Assembly (NCBI GenBank): GCA_042090785.1
Contig: JBELIP010000009.1
Coordinates: forward strand, 656 to 64,655
Length of the DNA: 64,000 nt
Direction of reading: 5' to 3'
Source of the DNA: Cellvibrionales bacterium
Lineage (GTDB): Bacteria > Pseudomonadota > Gammaproteobacteria > Pseudomonadales > UBA7434
Part shown: positions 1 to 11,149 of the stretch, piece after piece
Layout: every line of letters starts with the position of its first letter
Position numbering within the stretch: position 1 is the stretch's first letter
Translations under genes and position numbers: made by a program
The notes under the pieces: model-generated
Seen by the model: only the letters and a program-made list of their open reading frames with translations
The model's database searches: none
Told to the model about the DNA's origin: nothing

Positions 1-34
1 TGTAATAAAGCACCAAAATGTATGGATCAGTCAT
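1..34 (-). CDS. wrbA: NAD(P)H:quinone oxidoreductase WrbA, 5' fragment running off the window edge
   Basis: ATG at 34 reads MTDPYILVLYY, matching the WrbA N-terminus (PYILVLYYS). The arsC-wrbA order is typical of Pseudomonas-like genomes. Not in the ORF track. Confidence 0.75.
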   Translation of the reverse strand, partial: MTDPYILVLYY

Positions 35-86
35 GCTTGTTATTCTCTCTAACGTTTCGCTTATTGTGGTTAACGATTCACTCAAA

Positions 87-440
87 TTATTTAATTAAGG
101 CTAAAACGTTTTCTGGCGGATGTCCTAATACTGCCACATTATCCTTAACAACTATGGGGCGCTCAATAAGCTTAGGAAACTGGCACATCATTTTAATTAA
201 ATGCGCATCCGATAGGCTTTTGTCGGCTAACCCTTGCTCTTTGTAATCGGCCTCACCTTTTCTAACAAGTGACCTTGCGTCCATACTTAATTGTGAAAGT
301 ATGGTTTTTATCTGCTTAGGCTTAGGAGGCTCTTCTAAATATAAGATAATTTGCGGCTCTATGCCGTGTTCTATAAGAAGGGATAGTGTTTGTCGCGATT
401 TTGAGCAGCGCGGATTGTGGTAAATGATATAATCACTCAT
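87..440 (-). CDS. arsC: ArsC-family (glutaredoxin-type) reductase
   Basis: YHNPRCSKSR and IERPIV motifs. Start moved to MSDYIIYHNP (ATG at 440). Confidence 0.9.
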   Translation of the reverse strand: MSDYIIYHNPRCSKSRQTLSLLIEHGIEPQIILYLEEPPKPKQIKTILSQLSMDARSLVRKGEADYKEQGLADKSLSDAHLIKMMCQFPKLIERPIVVKDNVAVLGHPPENVLALIK

Positions 441-619
441 TAAAAATATCCTGACTATTGTTTTGGTCATTGGCTTTATGACACTTGAACTTAGGAGAGT
501 AGAAGGATATAGCCATCTAGTCATCATATGGTCATACAACTTTGCCACCGGTTTGCTTGGCAGTATACAATAAATTTATCAGCGCATATCAACCTAATAC
601 GATTTCCAAGGACAAACCT

Positions 620-1090
620 ATGCCCGCTAACTCGTTAACCGTTAACGTTATATTGATGCCGTTACTTTTATTGCTAGGCATAACCCTAAGCAGCTGTGGG
701 CAATCCTCTGACGATGCTTCAACTACTGCAGAATTTTCTATTGAAAGCTATAAAGGTAAATGGTTAATCCTTAACTATTGGGCCGAATGGTGCGCTCCTT
801 GTATCAAGGAGATCCCCGAGCTTAATTCGCTCGACAGCGATTACAGTGAAAACCTTGATGTGGTTGCGGTAAACTTTGATCGTATTAAAGGCCAAGCATT
901 GGTCGACCTAACTCAACGGATGGGCATTCGCTTCGATTTCGTTGAGCAAGACCCTGCTGATCTATTGAGACTGTCACGCCCTGCTTCACTCCCAACGACT
1001 TACGTATTTGACCGAGACGGCAAGTTATATGCAAAATTAGTTGGTCCCCAAACTATTGACTCAATCCTAAAGCAAACAGATATTGAGTAA
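620..1090 (+). CDS. TlpA-family thiol:disulfide reductase, probable lipoprotein
   Basis: NYWAEWCAPCIKEIP CxxC motif, LPTT, lipobox LSSC. ATG at 620 follows AAGGA. Confidence 0.85.
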   Translation: MPANSLTVNVILMPLLLLLGITLSSCGQSSDDASTTAEFSIESYKGKWLILNYWAEWCAPCIKEIPELNSLDSDYSENLDVVAVNFDRIKGQALVDLTQRMGIRFDFVEQDPADLLRLSRPASLPTTYVFDRDGKLYAKLVGPQTIDSILKQTDIE

Positions 1091-1408
1091 ATGCCCGCCA
1101 CTCAAAGTGTGAGGTGTGTCGAAATAATTTACATTAGTCTTGAGCTAGTCATTACTCCCATTTTAAATAATTCTTATAACTAACTGTTTTTAAACCTCAT
1201 AATTCAGTTCGGCTTGAATTTCGCTAACTGACAGATAGAGCAAGCCTGTCTAGCAGCACCTGCCGTAATCAGGCTAGTATTTATACATTCAGCACTGTAA
1301 AGCGTCTGTCTTGAATCGCGGCTAATGCAAGGCATATTTGAAAAGCATAGCTGTAAGACATTGTTGTAAGACGTGAGTGATAAAGATAAATTTTAGCGAG
1401 AGTTATCC

Positions 1409-1702
1409 ATGACTAAAAAAAAGATAAAAATAAGGCAAACGGACGCACCTTTTTTACAACCTATTCAATCTAATCGATATTTGGAAATTAATAACGACTG
1501 GTTTTTCTTTACCCGTGAAAAAGATTTACTTGGCCCTTACCGCTCGCATTTAATTGCTGAGCATGCAGTTATGGTTTATATCGACAAAATGGTACGAATT
1601 AGTGAAAGTGAAGCATCATCAGGCTCGCCACTTAATAAAAATATTCGGTCTAACAAAAGCAGTAATATCCTCTACTTTAAACACCCTAATTGGAATATAT
1701 AG
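1409..1702 (+). CDS. small conserved protein, DUF6316-like
   Basis: R..NNDWFFFTRE..LGPY pattern recalled for DUF6316. Confidence 0.6.
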   Translation: MTKKKIKIRQTDAPFLQPIQSNRYLEINNDWFFFTREKDLLGPYRSHLIAEHAVMVYIDKMVRISESEASSGSPLNKNIRSNKSSNILYFKHPNWNI

Positions 1703-1901
1703 TTGTCCATATAGCGGCCTTTAATGCTTAGCTTCTAACGATTTAAAACAAGGTAATTAAGGGACAAACAGACCTTTATCTAGGCTATACTACATTGTTG
1801 GCCCGTTTTTTAGGCCCATTAATATTAGTCGAACTCGCTATGGCCTTTAATATTTTACAGCCCGCGGAATTGATTAATAAAACCATAATAGATAAACACA
1901 C

Positions 1902-2234
1902 GTGATAAAAAAACCGCCATCTAAAGCCGATATGAGGCAGGAACTCGACAAGCAAATGGAAGAGTTTCTAAATCAAGGCAATAATGTTGACGAAATACCC
2001 AGAGGGGTAAGCTCTCGCGATGGTGCAGATAAACCGCTGCGCGCTGACACATGGCAAATGGATAACAGCAAAGGTAACTGGACCTATTTGCCAGGTGTTG
2101 TTGATTCACTTGAAAAACGACGGCAGGCAAAGCCGGCAAAAACAGGAACGAAAAACAAAGCTAAGCGACCCAAGAAAGTTTTAATTTATGATGATTTTGG
2201 TGAGCCGCTCCGCTGGGTATGGGTCGATGAATAA
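1902..2234 (+). CDS. small protein with SutA-like RNA-polymerase-binding helix
   Basis: PSK..RQELDKQMEEFLNQGNNVDEI resembles the SutA core (RDALAKAMEEFLSRGGKVQEI); C-terminal DDFGEPLRWVW. Confidence 0.6.
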   Translation: MIKKPPSKADMRQELDKQMEEFLNQGNNVDEIPRGVSSRDGADKPLRADTWQMDNSKGNWTYLPGVVDSLEKRRQAKPAKTGTKNKAKRPKKVLIYDDFGEPLRWVWVDE

Positions 2235-2257
2235 AGTTTTTGTTGTTTAACGGCTCT

Positions 2258-3643
2258 TTATAAACCCTCTGCTATTTCATAGCAGGGCGAATAAGCATCT
2301 GCGTTAATTTTCATTCTGCCCTGCTCAGCAAAAGACACCAGTAAATGGTCAATTGACTTCATTAAAGCCGCGTCGCCATTAATTTTATAATTTCCGTGTT
2401 TGGCTATTGCGGCTAAACCGTCGGCTTTTACATTACCGGCAACAAGGCCTGAAAACATAGCACGTAAATTTACCGCCATATCAAATGCTGACTGTTCATG
2501 ATGCAGATTCAGTGCTGCCATATTTTCATGGCTAGGTATAAAAGGTTGTTGAAACTCCTTGGGAATGCTTAACGTCCAGTTAAAAAAGAAGGCATCTTTG
2601 TTATCACAGCGCTGGACGCGAACTAAGTCCATGCCATTTGCTAAACTTCTTGCCACTTGAACAGGGTCATCAATAATAATCTGATATTTACTCTGCGCAT
2701 CTGCCCCCAATGTTAAGCCAATAAAAGCATCAATGGCTTCAAAATAACTGGCAGACTCAAGCGGCGCCGAAAATATTAAAGGAATATGGTGACTAGCATT
2801 ATCGGGGTGTAATAACACACCTAATAGATAAAAAATCTCTTCTGCCGTACCCACACCACCCGGAAAAACAATAATGCCATGACCTGTTCTAACAAAGGCC
2901 TCTAGCCGCTTTTCAATATCCGGCATAATAATTAATTCATTAACAATTGGGTTGGGTGATTCGGCGGCAATAATACTTGGCTCTGAAATACCAAGATATC
3001 GTCCCTCTGAATTTCGTTGCTTGCGATGAGAAATCGCAGCGCCTTTCATTGGCCCCTTCATGGCACCAGGGCCACAGCCAGTACAAATATTTAAATGTCG
3101 TAGGCCAAGTTGATAGCCAACTAACTTGGTGTATTCATACTCATTACGACCTATCGAATGGCCGCCCCAGCAAACAATTAAATCGGGCTCTTTGTTGGCA
3201 TGTAATGCATTAGCGTGACGTAATATATTAAATACTGCGTCGGTTGTGCCGCGTGAAGTGCTAAGGTCGTAGGTGTTATTGGTAAATAGCTCACTATGAA
3301 CAAATACAATATCACGCAGAACAGAAAACAAGTGCTCTTTAATGCCTTTAATCATTTCACCATCGACAAAAGCATGGCCAGGCGCATCGGTAAGCTCTAG
3401 TTTTATACCACGCTCGCGTTGAATTATTTGTATATCAAAGGTTTTGTATTGCTCGAGTACTTTATTGGTGTCATCTTCGCTGCTGCCGCTGTTTAACACC
3501 GCAAGCGCACACAGGCGAAACATGCTGTAGAGCTTACTTTGGCTCGCATCATAGAGCTGCTCAATTTCGCGACGCGATAGTATTTGCATACTGGTGTCGG
3601 GGCTTACAGATGCACTGACACGATCAGACTGAGGATTGTTCAT
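2258..3643 (-). CDS. ppnN: nucleotide 5'-monophosphate nucleosidase PpnN (LOG family)
   Basis: VCWGGHSI, TGCGPGAMKGPMKGA, PGGVGTAEE motifs; 461 aa. Confidence 0.95.
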   Translation of the reverse strand: MNNPQSDRVSASVSPDTSMQILSRREIEQLYDASQSKLYSMFRLCALAVLNSGSSEDDTNKVLEQYKTFDIQIIQRERGIKLELTDAPGHAFVDGEMIKGIKEHLFSVLRDIVFVHSELFTNNTYDLSTSRGTTDAVFNILRHANALHANKEPDLIVCWGGHSIGRNEYEYTKLVGYQLGLRHLNICTGCGPGAMKGPMKGAAISHRKQRNSEGRYLGISEPSIIAAESPNPIVNELIIMPDIEKRLEAFVRTGHGIIVFPGGVGTAEEIFYLLGVLLHPDNASHHIPLIFSAPLESASYFEAIDAFIGLTLGADAQSKYQIIIDDPVQVARSLANGMDLVRVQRCDNKDAFFFNWTLSIPKEFQQPFIPSHENMAALNLHHEQSAFDMAVNLRAMFSGLVAGNVKADGLAAIAKHGNYKINGDAALMKSIDHLLVSFAEQGRMKINADAYSPCYEIAEGL

Positions 3644-3781
3644 TATGCTTAGCCTCCATTAATTTCCATGAGAATACTAAGCATAATCAATTTGCACGAG
3701 CCTAGCACGCAAAATTGAGTAAAACTTCAACTGTAGAAGCAATAGCAACAAATCAGGCGAATAAAAAATTACATAAAAAGT

Positions 3782-4705
3782 TTAAGGCATACCATCTTCA
3801 AACTCAGCGCCTTCAACAACTGGAATGGCAAGGTCTTCTTTGCTTATATTTAAAGCTAACAGCATATTTGCTGCAACAAAAATCGAAGAGTATGTACCAA
3901 TAAAGACACCCACAATAAGCGCCGTTGCAAAGCCGTGAATAATTTCACCACCAAAAATAAAGAGCGACGACAATACAAGTAAAGTGGTAGCCGAAGTCAT
4001 TAACGTGCGCCCTAACGTCTGCGTCAACGAACGATTAATAACATCCTCTGGCTCACCTTTTCTCAGGATTCTAAAGTTCTCACGAATACGATCGGATACG
4101 ACTATTGTGTCATTCAAAGAATAACCAATAACAGCCAGAATCGCCGCCAATACGGTAAGGTCAAAATCTAATTTTAGAAGCGAAAAGAAGCCTAATACAA
4201 TAATAACGTCATGGGCTAGAGCAACCACAGCACCGATAGAGAATTTAAATTGAAAGCGAAACGTAACATAAATCATTACGCTAATAAGTGCAGCTAGTAG
4301 ACCAAGACCGCCCTGCTCGCGTAATTCTTCACCCACTTGAGGGCCGACATATTCAATTCGATGTAAATCAATATTGCCATCATAGTCTTGATTTAACACG
4401 GCAAGAAGCTCATCACCCAACTGACTGTTATTACTCTGTGGCAATCTAACCAATACATCTTGATCAGAACCAAAATTAATCACTAATGCATTTTTGTAGC
4501 CAGCAGTTTCTAGAGTAGAGCGAATACTGCCAAGATCAGCACTTTGATCATATGCAACTTCAACCAATGTACCGCCAGTAAAATCTAGGCCGAGCTTAAG
4601 GCCATTAATTGATAGCGAAGCAATTGAAACAACTAGCAAAATTGCCGAAGCAATTTGTGCAAGCTTTCGGTAGCTCATAAAGTTTACATTTTTATCTAAC
4701 GCCAT
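3782..4705 (-). CDS. secF: protein translocase subunit SecF
   Basis: GLDFTGG, VGPQVG, GYSLNDTIVVSDRIRE. Confidence 0.98.
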   Translation of the reverse strand: MALDKNVNFMSYRKLAQIASAILLVVSIASLSINGLKLGLDFTGGTLVEVAYDQSADLGSIRSTLETAGYKNALVINFGSDQDVLVRLPQSNNSQLGDELLAVLNQDYDGNIDLHRIEYVGPQVGEELREQGGLGLLAALISVMIYVTFRFQFKFSIGAVVALAHDVIIVLGFFSLLKLDFDLTVLAAILAVIGYSLNDTIVVSDRIRENFRILRKGEPEDVINRSLTQTLGRTLMTSATTLLVLSSLFIFGGEIIHGFATALIVGVFIGTYSSIFVAANMLLALNISKEDLAIPVVEGAEFEDGMP

Positions 4706-4777
4706 TTCTTTGTCGCCTTTCAGTCAACTGTTAGTCCGCAGACTATTATTAAATTTTCGAATACGCCCAATTAAAAT

Positions 4778-6625
4778 TTAAATCATTAATTTCTTAACGT
4801 TACGGCCACCGTAAGTCATATTAACCAATGCCCTAGTTCCCATAATAGCGGTGAACATTGAGGTTAAAATACCGATAGATAAAGTAATCGCAAAGCCTTT
4901 AATGGGGCCGGTACCTACGGCGTATAGAATGACCGCAGCAATTAATGTGGTTACGTTAGCGTCTAAAATTGTCAAGAACGCTCTATCAAAACCGGTGTTG
5001 ATTGCCATTTGTGGCGATAAACCGTTTTTAAGCTCTTCTCGCACCCTAGAAAAAATTAATACATTCGCATCAACCGCCATACCTACGGTGAGTACAATGC
5101 CTGCAATACCGGGCAACGTTAATGTTGCCGAAAGCATAGACATTATCGCAATAATCAGCATTAGGTTCATTGCAAGCGCAAAGTTAGCGGCCATACCAAA
5201 GACTTTGTAAAACACCACCATAAAAATAACGACTAGCCCTAAACCAATAACAACCGATTTAACACCTAACGCAATATTCTCTGCTCCTAACGATGGGCCA
5301 ATGGTTCGCTCTTCTACAAACTCCATAGGTGCTGCTAATGCCCCTGCTCTTAATAGCAGTGCTAGTTCCGACGCTTCGGCAGCACTATCAAGGCCTGTAA
5401 TTCTAAAGCTAGCGCCTAGTGGTGACTGAATAGTGGCAAGGTTAATAACACGGCGCTGGTCATAGCGTTCGTAAACAGGTTCTAGTTCGCCATTTTCATT
5501 AAGCGCCATACCTGTTTTTCGTGTCTTTCGCTCAATAAATAGCACGCCCATTTTGCGTTTAACCGCATGTCTGGTTACACGGTGCATCATCTTGCCGCCA
5601 TCGGCATCTAGATCAATGCTTACTTGGGGTTGTGAGTTCTCATCAAAAGCCGAACGTGCACCCGATACACTTTCGCCGGTAACAATGATATCGCGCTCTA
5701 ACTGCACCGAGCGGTCTTCGTAGGCAAATTGCTCACGGTTAAAACTACTGGCATCCATGCTCGCTTCTAAGCGAAATTCAAGATTAGCGGTTTTACCCAA
5801 AATGCGTTTGGCGGTTGCCGTATCTTGGACTCCAGGCAATTCAACTACCACACGATTTCTACCTTGACGCTGAACCAACGGCTCGGAAACCCCTAATTCG
5901 TTTACACGATTACGCAATGTAATTAAGTTTTGTGCAACGGCTTCATCTTCTAAGTTGGCAATGGCCTGCTCGCCGAGTTCTAATTCTAGTACGTAGGTTT
6001 CGCCGTCTACTGACTTTCTACGGCTCATTTCTGGCATTTCTTTAAAGGCTAACGATGATGCACTGTCGCGCAAATCTTCAGTTTTAAAACGGCCAGTAAC
6101 TACGCCATTATTTAATTGAATAGTGCCACGTATTTTTTCTTTTCTTAACAAGGTTTTGTAACTAGAAACGCTTGAGCGTAAGCGTGTATCAATGGCTGCT
6201 GCGGTATCAACTTCCATTAAAAAGTGTACTCCACCGCTCAAATCTAAACCAAGCTTAAGTGGGCCCGCACCAAACGAACGTAACCACTCAGGAGTCGTTG
6301 GCGCTAGATTTAACGCGACAACATAATTCTCTAGACCGAGCGCATCTTGTGTTACGCGCTTTGCTACTAATTGCTGGTCGCGATCATTTAATCGAACCAT
6401 TAATTTATTATCGATAATATTGGCGCTAATAACGGTAATATCTTTGGCCGCTAATGCCTCGGTGACAACGTTTAATTCGTTGTCGCCAAGAGTAAGTGTA
6501 CTGCTTTCGCCTGAGACTTGAATCGCCGGATCCGGCTCATATAAATTAGGCAAAGAATAAATAACACCCATTACTAATGCAGCAACAAGAATAAGGTATT
6601 TCCAAATAGGATATTGATTCATCAT
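4778..6625 (-). CDS. secD: protein translocase subunit SecD
   Basis: LGLDLSGG, RVNELGVSEP, GMAVDANVLI. Confidence 0.98.
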   Translation of the reverse strand: MMNQYPIWKYLILVAALVMGVIYSLPNLYEPDPAIQVSGESSTLTLGDNELNVVTEALAAKDITVISANIIDNKLMVRLNDRDQQLVAKRVTQDALGLENYVVALNLAPTTPEWLRSFGAGPLKLGLDLSGGVHFLMEVDTAAAIDTRLRSSVSSYKTLLRKEKIRGTIQLNNGVVTGRFKTEDLRDSASSLAFKEMPEMSRRKSVDGETYVLELELGEQAIANLEDEAVAQNLITLRNRVNELGVSEPLVQRQGRNRVVVELPGVQDTATAKRILGKTANLEFRLEASMDASSFNREQFAYEDRSVQLERDIIVTGESVSGARSAFDENSQPQVSIDLDADGGKMMHRVTRHAVKRKMGVLFIERKTRKTGMALNENGELEPVYERYDQRRVINLATIQSPLGASFRITGLDSAAEASELALLLRAGALAAPMEFVEERTIGPSLGAENIALGVKSVVIGLGLVVIFMVVFYKVFGMAANFALAMNLMLIIAIMSMLSATLTLPGIAGIVLTVGMAVDANVLIFSRVREELKNGLSPQMAINTGFDRAFLTILDANVTTLIAAVILYAVGTGPIKGFAITLSIGILTSMFTAIMGTRALVNMTYGGRNVKKLMI

Positions 6626-6739
6626 GTTAGTTTGTGTAGCACTCTTTATGTTTAATTATCTTTGGGTCTAGCTGCCAATAAAATTATTGATACTGCTGTT
6701 TTAAATCAGTTTGCATCTGAGCCAATATCGATTGCTTAG

Positions 6740-6767
6740 ATATGGGGCCAAAAGATCACTTTTAAAC
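6740..6767 (-). promoter_or_regulatory. putative sigma32-type promoter upstream of secD
   Basis: GTTTAAA-N13-CCCCATAT on the minus strand versus consensus CTTGAAA-N13/14-CCCCATNT. Confidence 0.45.
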
Positions 6768-6805
6768 CCCAGCTTAAATTCCAGCCAGTTATAATTGATT
6801 GGCTG

Positions 6806-9800
6806 TTACTCGCAATTAACTCGAGCATTTCTGAACATACGCATCCATGCACTATCTTCGCCCCAGCTATCGGGAGCCCATGAATGCTGAGCCGTTCTAA
6901 ATGTTCTTTCTGGATGCGGCATCATTATGGTAACTCGACCATCATCACTGCTTACACCGGCGATACCTGCTGGCGAACCATTGGGGTTAAGCGGATAACG
7001 CTGCGTTGGCGCGCCAGAGTGATCAATATAGTTTAGCGCCAGTTTATTCTTTGTCTGTAAAGCTGCAAGATTAGTTGCATTGAGCTCCGCCCGACCTTCA
7101 CCATGCGAAACGACAATCGGAATTTGCGAACCAGCCATGCCATCTAAAAATACTGACGCTGTTGGCTGCACTTCAACCATGACTAATCGGGCTTCAAACT
7201 GCTCGGATTCATTGCGCACAAAACGTGGCCAGTGGCTACTGCCAGGTATAAGATCTTTTAAGTTAGACAGCATTTGACAACCATTACAAACACCCAGTGA
7301 AAATGTGTCTGTGCGATTAAAGAATGCAGCAAACTGATCTTGCGCGATAGTGTTAAATAGGATGGTTTTAGCCCAACCCTCACCAGCACCTAATACGTCA
7401 CCATAAGAAAAGCCACCACAGGCGGCCAAGCCTGCAAAACTTTCTAATGTTGTACGACCGGCTAAAATATCACTCATATGAATATCATGGGCTTCAAAAC
7501 CCGCACGATCAAAGGCCGCGGCCATTTCGTATTGACCATTAACACCTTGCTCACGAAGCACAGCAACACGCGGTCGACTTGCAGTGTTAATGAAAGGCGC
7601 AGCAATATCATGATTGCTATCAAAACTGAGCTTGGCAAATAGACCTTCATCTGTGCCATTACGCAGCGCATCAAATTCCGCTTGTGCACAACCGGCATTA
7701 TCACGCCGTGCCTGAATAGCGTAGCTGGTTTCATGCCATATGCCGTGCAATTCACAAAGCGGTTTATCTAATAGTAAATCGCTGCCGCTTGTCACGCGTA
7801 CCTGATTAATGGCATTAAGCTTACCAATGACTGAAACCGATGAAATACCCTGCGCATGATACGCTGCAGTGATTAATTCAAGATCGGACTCTTTTACCTG
7901 CAATACAGCACCGAGCTCTTCGTTAAACGCCCAGCTGAGCACAGAGCTTCCGGCAAAATCTAGGTCTATACCTAATTTTCCAGCAAAGGCCATTTCAAGG
8001 GCCGTAACCATTAAGCCACCATCAGAACGGTCATGATAGGCAAGAATTTTTTGCTGTTGTAATAACGACTGCGTGGCAGCAAAAAAGCCAGCTAACGCAT
8101 CAGCAGAATCAGCATCAACAACTTCGCTACCCAGTTGATTATAAACCTGCGCTAATGCACTGCCGCCTAAACGCTGTTGACCCGAAGAGATATCAACAAG
8201 CAACAATACCGTTGGCTCTAGGCTGTTTTGTAATTGTGGAGTAACGCTTTTTCTAACATCACTAATACGTGCTGCAGCAGTAACAATTAAAGAGAGCGGC
8301 GAAGTTACTTCTTTATCTTCATCACCATCGCGCCAGCGCGTACTCATAGACATTGAATCTTTGCCAACAGGAATGGCAATACCTAAAGCTGGGCATAGCT
8401 CCATACCCACAGCTTTAACGGCTTCGTAAAGGCACGCATCTTCACCTTCGCGACCTGCGGCTGCCATCCAGTTGGCCGATAATTTTAATTCGCTGATGGA
8501 GTTGATAGGTGCAGAAGCAATATTAGTAATGCATTCAGCTACCGCCATTCGAGCAGATGCCGCGGCATCTAAAAGTGCAATCGGTGTACGCTCACCAATG
8601 GCTAAGGCTTCTCCGGTATATCCAGTATAGGAATTCAGCGTAATGGCTGCGTCAGCAACCGGCACCTGCCATGGGCCAACCATCTGGTCACGGTAAACCA
8701 TTCCGCCAACACTGCGGTCACCAATGGTAATTAAAAAACTTTTGCTGGCCACCGTTGGTAAGCGGAGTACACGCTCTAAAGCTTGCTCAAGCGCTACGTC
8801 AGCAAAATTAAGCGCCACGCTAGGCGGCGCAATACTCGCTACATCTCTATGCATTTTTGGCGGTTTGCCAAATAACACTGACATAGGTAAATCAACTGGC
8901 GAGTTATTAAAGTGACTGTCATTTAGCGATAAATGTTCATCTGCTACGGCACTACCGACAACAGCATAAGGCGCTCGCTCACGCTTACAAATAGCATCGA
9001 AGGTCGATAGGTCTTCGGGGTTTACAGCAATAACGTAACGCTCTTGTGATTCATTACACCAAATGGCTAAGGGAGACATACCTTTTTCATCGCAGGGTAC
9101 ATCGCGCAATGAAAATGCACCACCAACACCACCATCTTTTACCAGCTCAGGTAATGCGTTAGATAAACCGCCCGCACCTACATCATGTATAAAGGCAATG
9201 GGGTTTTGTTTCCCTAGTTGCCAGCAACGGTCAATAACTTCTTGACAGCGGTGCTCCATTTCTGGGTTTTCTCGTTGTACAGATGCAAAGTCGAGTGACT
9301 CACTGCTTTGGCCTGATGCCATTGAAGACGCAGCGCCACCACCCAAGCCAATTAACATGGCCGGCCCGCCTAATACAATTAAACAGGCGCCAGCAGTAAT
9401 GTCTTGCTTAATGACATGTTCACTACGGACATTGCCAATACCGCCAGCAAGCATAATAGGCTTATGGTAGCCACGAACTTCAGTGCCACCGCTGCAAGCA
9501 ATAGATTGCTCGTAAGTACGAAAATAACCATTAAGGTTTGGTCGACCAAATTCATTATTGAAGGCCGCGCCACCTAAAGGACCTTCGGTCATAATGTCTA
9601 AAGCATCAACGATCCGGCCAGGCTTGCCATAAGTAATTTCCCAGGGCTGTTTAAAGCCAGGAATATTCAAATTAGAAACACTAAAACCCGTTAAACCTGC
9701 TTTGGGTTTTGCACCTGCTCCGGTTGCGCCTTCATCACGAATTTCACCACCCGAACCTGTTGATGCACCAGGGAATGGAGCTATGGCGGTGGGATGGTTG

Positions 9801-10747
9801 TGTGTTTCAACTTTTAATAAATAATGAACAGGCTCTTCAATAAAGCTGTATTGTTGGGATTCAGCCGCAGGAAAAAAACGCTCTGCCACGTTACCTTCAA
9901 GCACGGCGGCGTTATCTGAGTAAGCGCTTAGAACACCTTTGCCTTCGGTTGAGCGATAAGTGTTTTTAATCATTCCAAATAATGATTCTGTCTGATCAAC
10001 ACCATCAATGGTCCAACTGGCATTAAATATTTTATGTCGGCAGTGCTCAGAGTTAGCTTGCGCAAACATCATTAGCTCTACATCGGTAGGGTTCCGATTT
10101 AAGCCAATAAAACTTTCTAATAAATAATCAATTTCATCGTCAGCTAACGCCAACCCTAAGTCGTTATTGGCAATCACTAACGCATCACGACCATCTGCTA
10201 GCAAATTAACAGTTTGTAAAGGCAACGGTTCGCTCTGCTCGAATAATTGACCCAGTTGATCTTGTTCAGTAAAGACAGTTTCAACCATGCGGTCATAGAG
10301 TAGCGGTTGAATTAAATCATGGAGCTCAGCGCTTTCAGCACCCTCACCGGTCAGCTTAAGTTTGTAGCTAACCGCTCGCTCAATTCGGTTGATCATGGTT
10401 AAGCCGCAATTATGGGCAATATCAGTTGCCTTGCTTGACCAGGGAGAAATGGTGCCGATACGAGGCGAGACAATCCACTGCTGCTGCCCAGCTTTGTCAT
10501 AAGCTTTGTCATTAGCGTTCTCGTTATCTGCAGGTCCGTAAATAAGTAGCTGCTTCAACACTTTGAATTGCTCTTCACTCAGACTTGACTGTAATTCAAC
10601 CACATGCAGGAACTCAGCCTGAATACTGGCTAACTTTACAGCCGGAAAAGCTGACTCACTTATCGTTGAGCGCAATTGCTCACGAAGCTTGGCTAATTTA
10701 AAGGAGGAAAGCGCCGGTGGGCCGGCTAGAATCTCAAGTGTAGACAG
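6806..10747 (-). CDS. purL: phosphoribosylformylglycinamidine synthase (large single-chain PurL)
   Basis: [33 protein letters not shown]. The frame extends upstream of the ORF-track start (10675) through [12 protein letters not shown] to a CTG at 10747. Confidence 0.97.
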   Translation of the reverse strand: MSTLEILAGPPALSSFKLAKLREQLRSTISESAFPAVKLASIQAEFLHVVELQSSLSEEQFKVLKQLLIYGPADNENANDKAYDKAGQQQWIVSPRIGTISPWSSKATDIAHNCGLTMINRIERAVSYKLKLTGEGAESAELHDLIQPLLYDRMVETVFTEQDQLGQLFEQSEPLPLQTVNLLADGRDALVIANNDLGLALADDEIDYLLESFIGLNRNPTDVELMMFAQANSEHCRHKIFNASWTIDGVDQTESLFGMIKNTYRSTEGKGVLSAYSDNAAVLEGNVAERFFPAAESQQYSFIEEPVHYLLKVETHNHPTAIAPFPGASTGSGGEIRDEGATGAGAKPKAGLTGFSVSNLNIPGFKQPWEITYGKPGRIVDALDIMTEGPLGGAAFNNEFGRPNLNGYFRTYEQSIACSGGTEVRGYHKPIMLAGGIGNVRSEHVIKQDITAGACLIVLGGPAMLIGLGGGAASSMASGQSSESLDFASVQRENPEMEHRCQEVIDRCWQLGKQNPIAFIHDVGAGGLSNALPELVKDGGVGGAFSLRDVPCDEKGMSPLAIWCNESQERYVIAVNPEDLSTFDAICKRERAPYAVVGSAVADEHLSLNDSHFNNSPVDLPMSVLFGKPPKMHRDVASIAPPSVALNFADVALEQALERVLRLPTVASKSFLITIGDRSVGGMVYRDQMVGPWQVPVADAAITLNSYTGYTGEALAIGERTPIALLDAAASARMAVAECITNIASAPINSISELKLSANWMAAAGREGEDACLYEAVKAVGMELCPALGIAIPVGKDSMSMSTRWRDGDEDKEVTSPLSLIVTAAARISDVRKSVTPQLQNSLEPTVLLLVDISSGQQRLGGSALAQVYNQLGSEVVDADSADALAGFFAATQSLLQQQKILAYHDRSDGGLMVTALEMAFAGKLGIDLDFAGSSVLSWAFNEELGAVLQVKESDLELITAAYHAQGISSVSVIGKLNAINQVRVTSGSDLLLDKPLCELHGIWHETSYAIQARRDNAGCAQAEFDALRNGTDEGLFAKLSFDSNHDIAAPFINTASRPRVAVLREQGVNGQYEMAAAFDRAGFEAHDIHMSDILAGRTTLESFAGLAACGGFSYGDVLGAGEGWAKTILFNTIAQDQFAAFFNRTDTFSLGVCNGCQMLSNLKDLIPGSSHWPRFVRNESEQFEARLVMVEVQPTASVFLDGMAGSQIPIVVSHGEGRAELNATNLAALQTKNKLALNYIDHSGAPTQRYPLNPNGSPAGIAGVSSDDGRVTIMMPHPERTFRTAQHSWAPDSWGEDSAWMRMFRNARVNCE

Positions 10748-11149
10748 AACAGAACCTCATATATCGAAATGGTTACTATCATGGGTGATTTTAAGCGGCT
10801 TATTTTATTCGCATTCGGCTTTCGGTGAAACAATGAGTTGTCACTGATGGCCAAAAAACGACGCTTTATCGTAAGTTTATGGGTGTGAAAAATCACACTT
10901 TTAGCTGATTGGGACAATATTCAAAAATATCAGTAAATTCAGCGAGATACCATAAACTAAAGATGATCAATGAGATCTGTATCATAACGTCCAACAATCG
11001 ACAAGCTAGCGCGACCCACCTCACCTAACCTACTATAAAGCCTTTAAGGAATAGCTTAATTTATACGGCTGATTGTGTCGGCTAATCATTTAGCACATGA
11101 AGATTTTCACTGAATTAGATCAATGAATTAAAAATAGAGGCTTAAGCTC

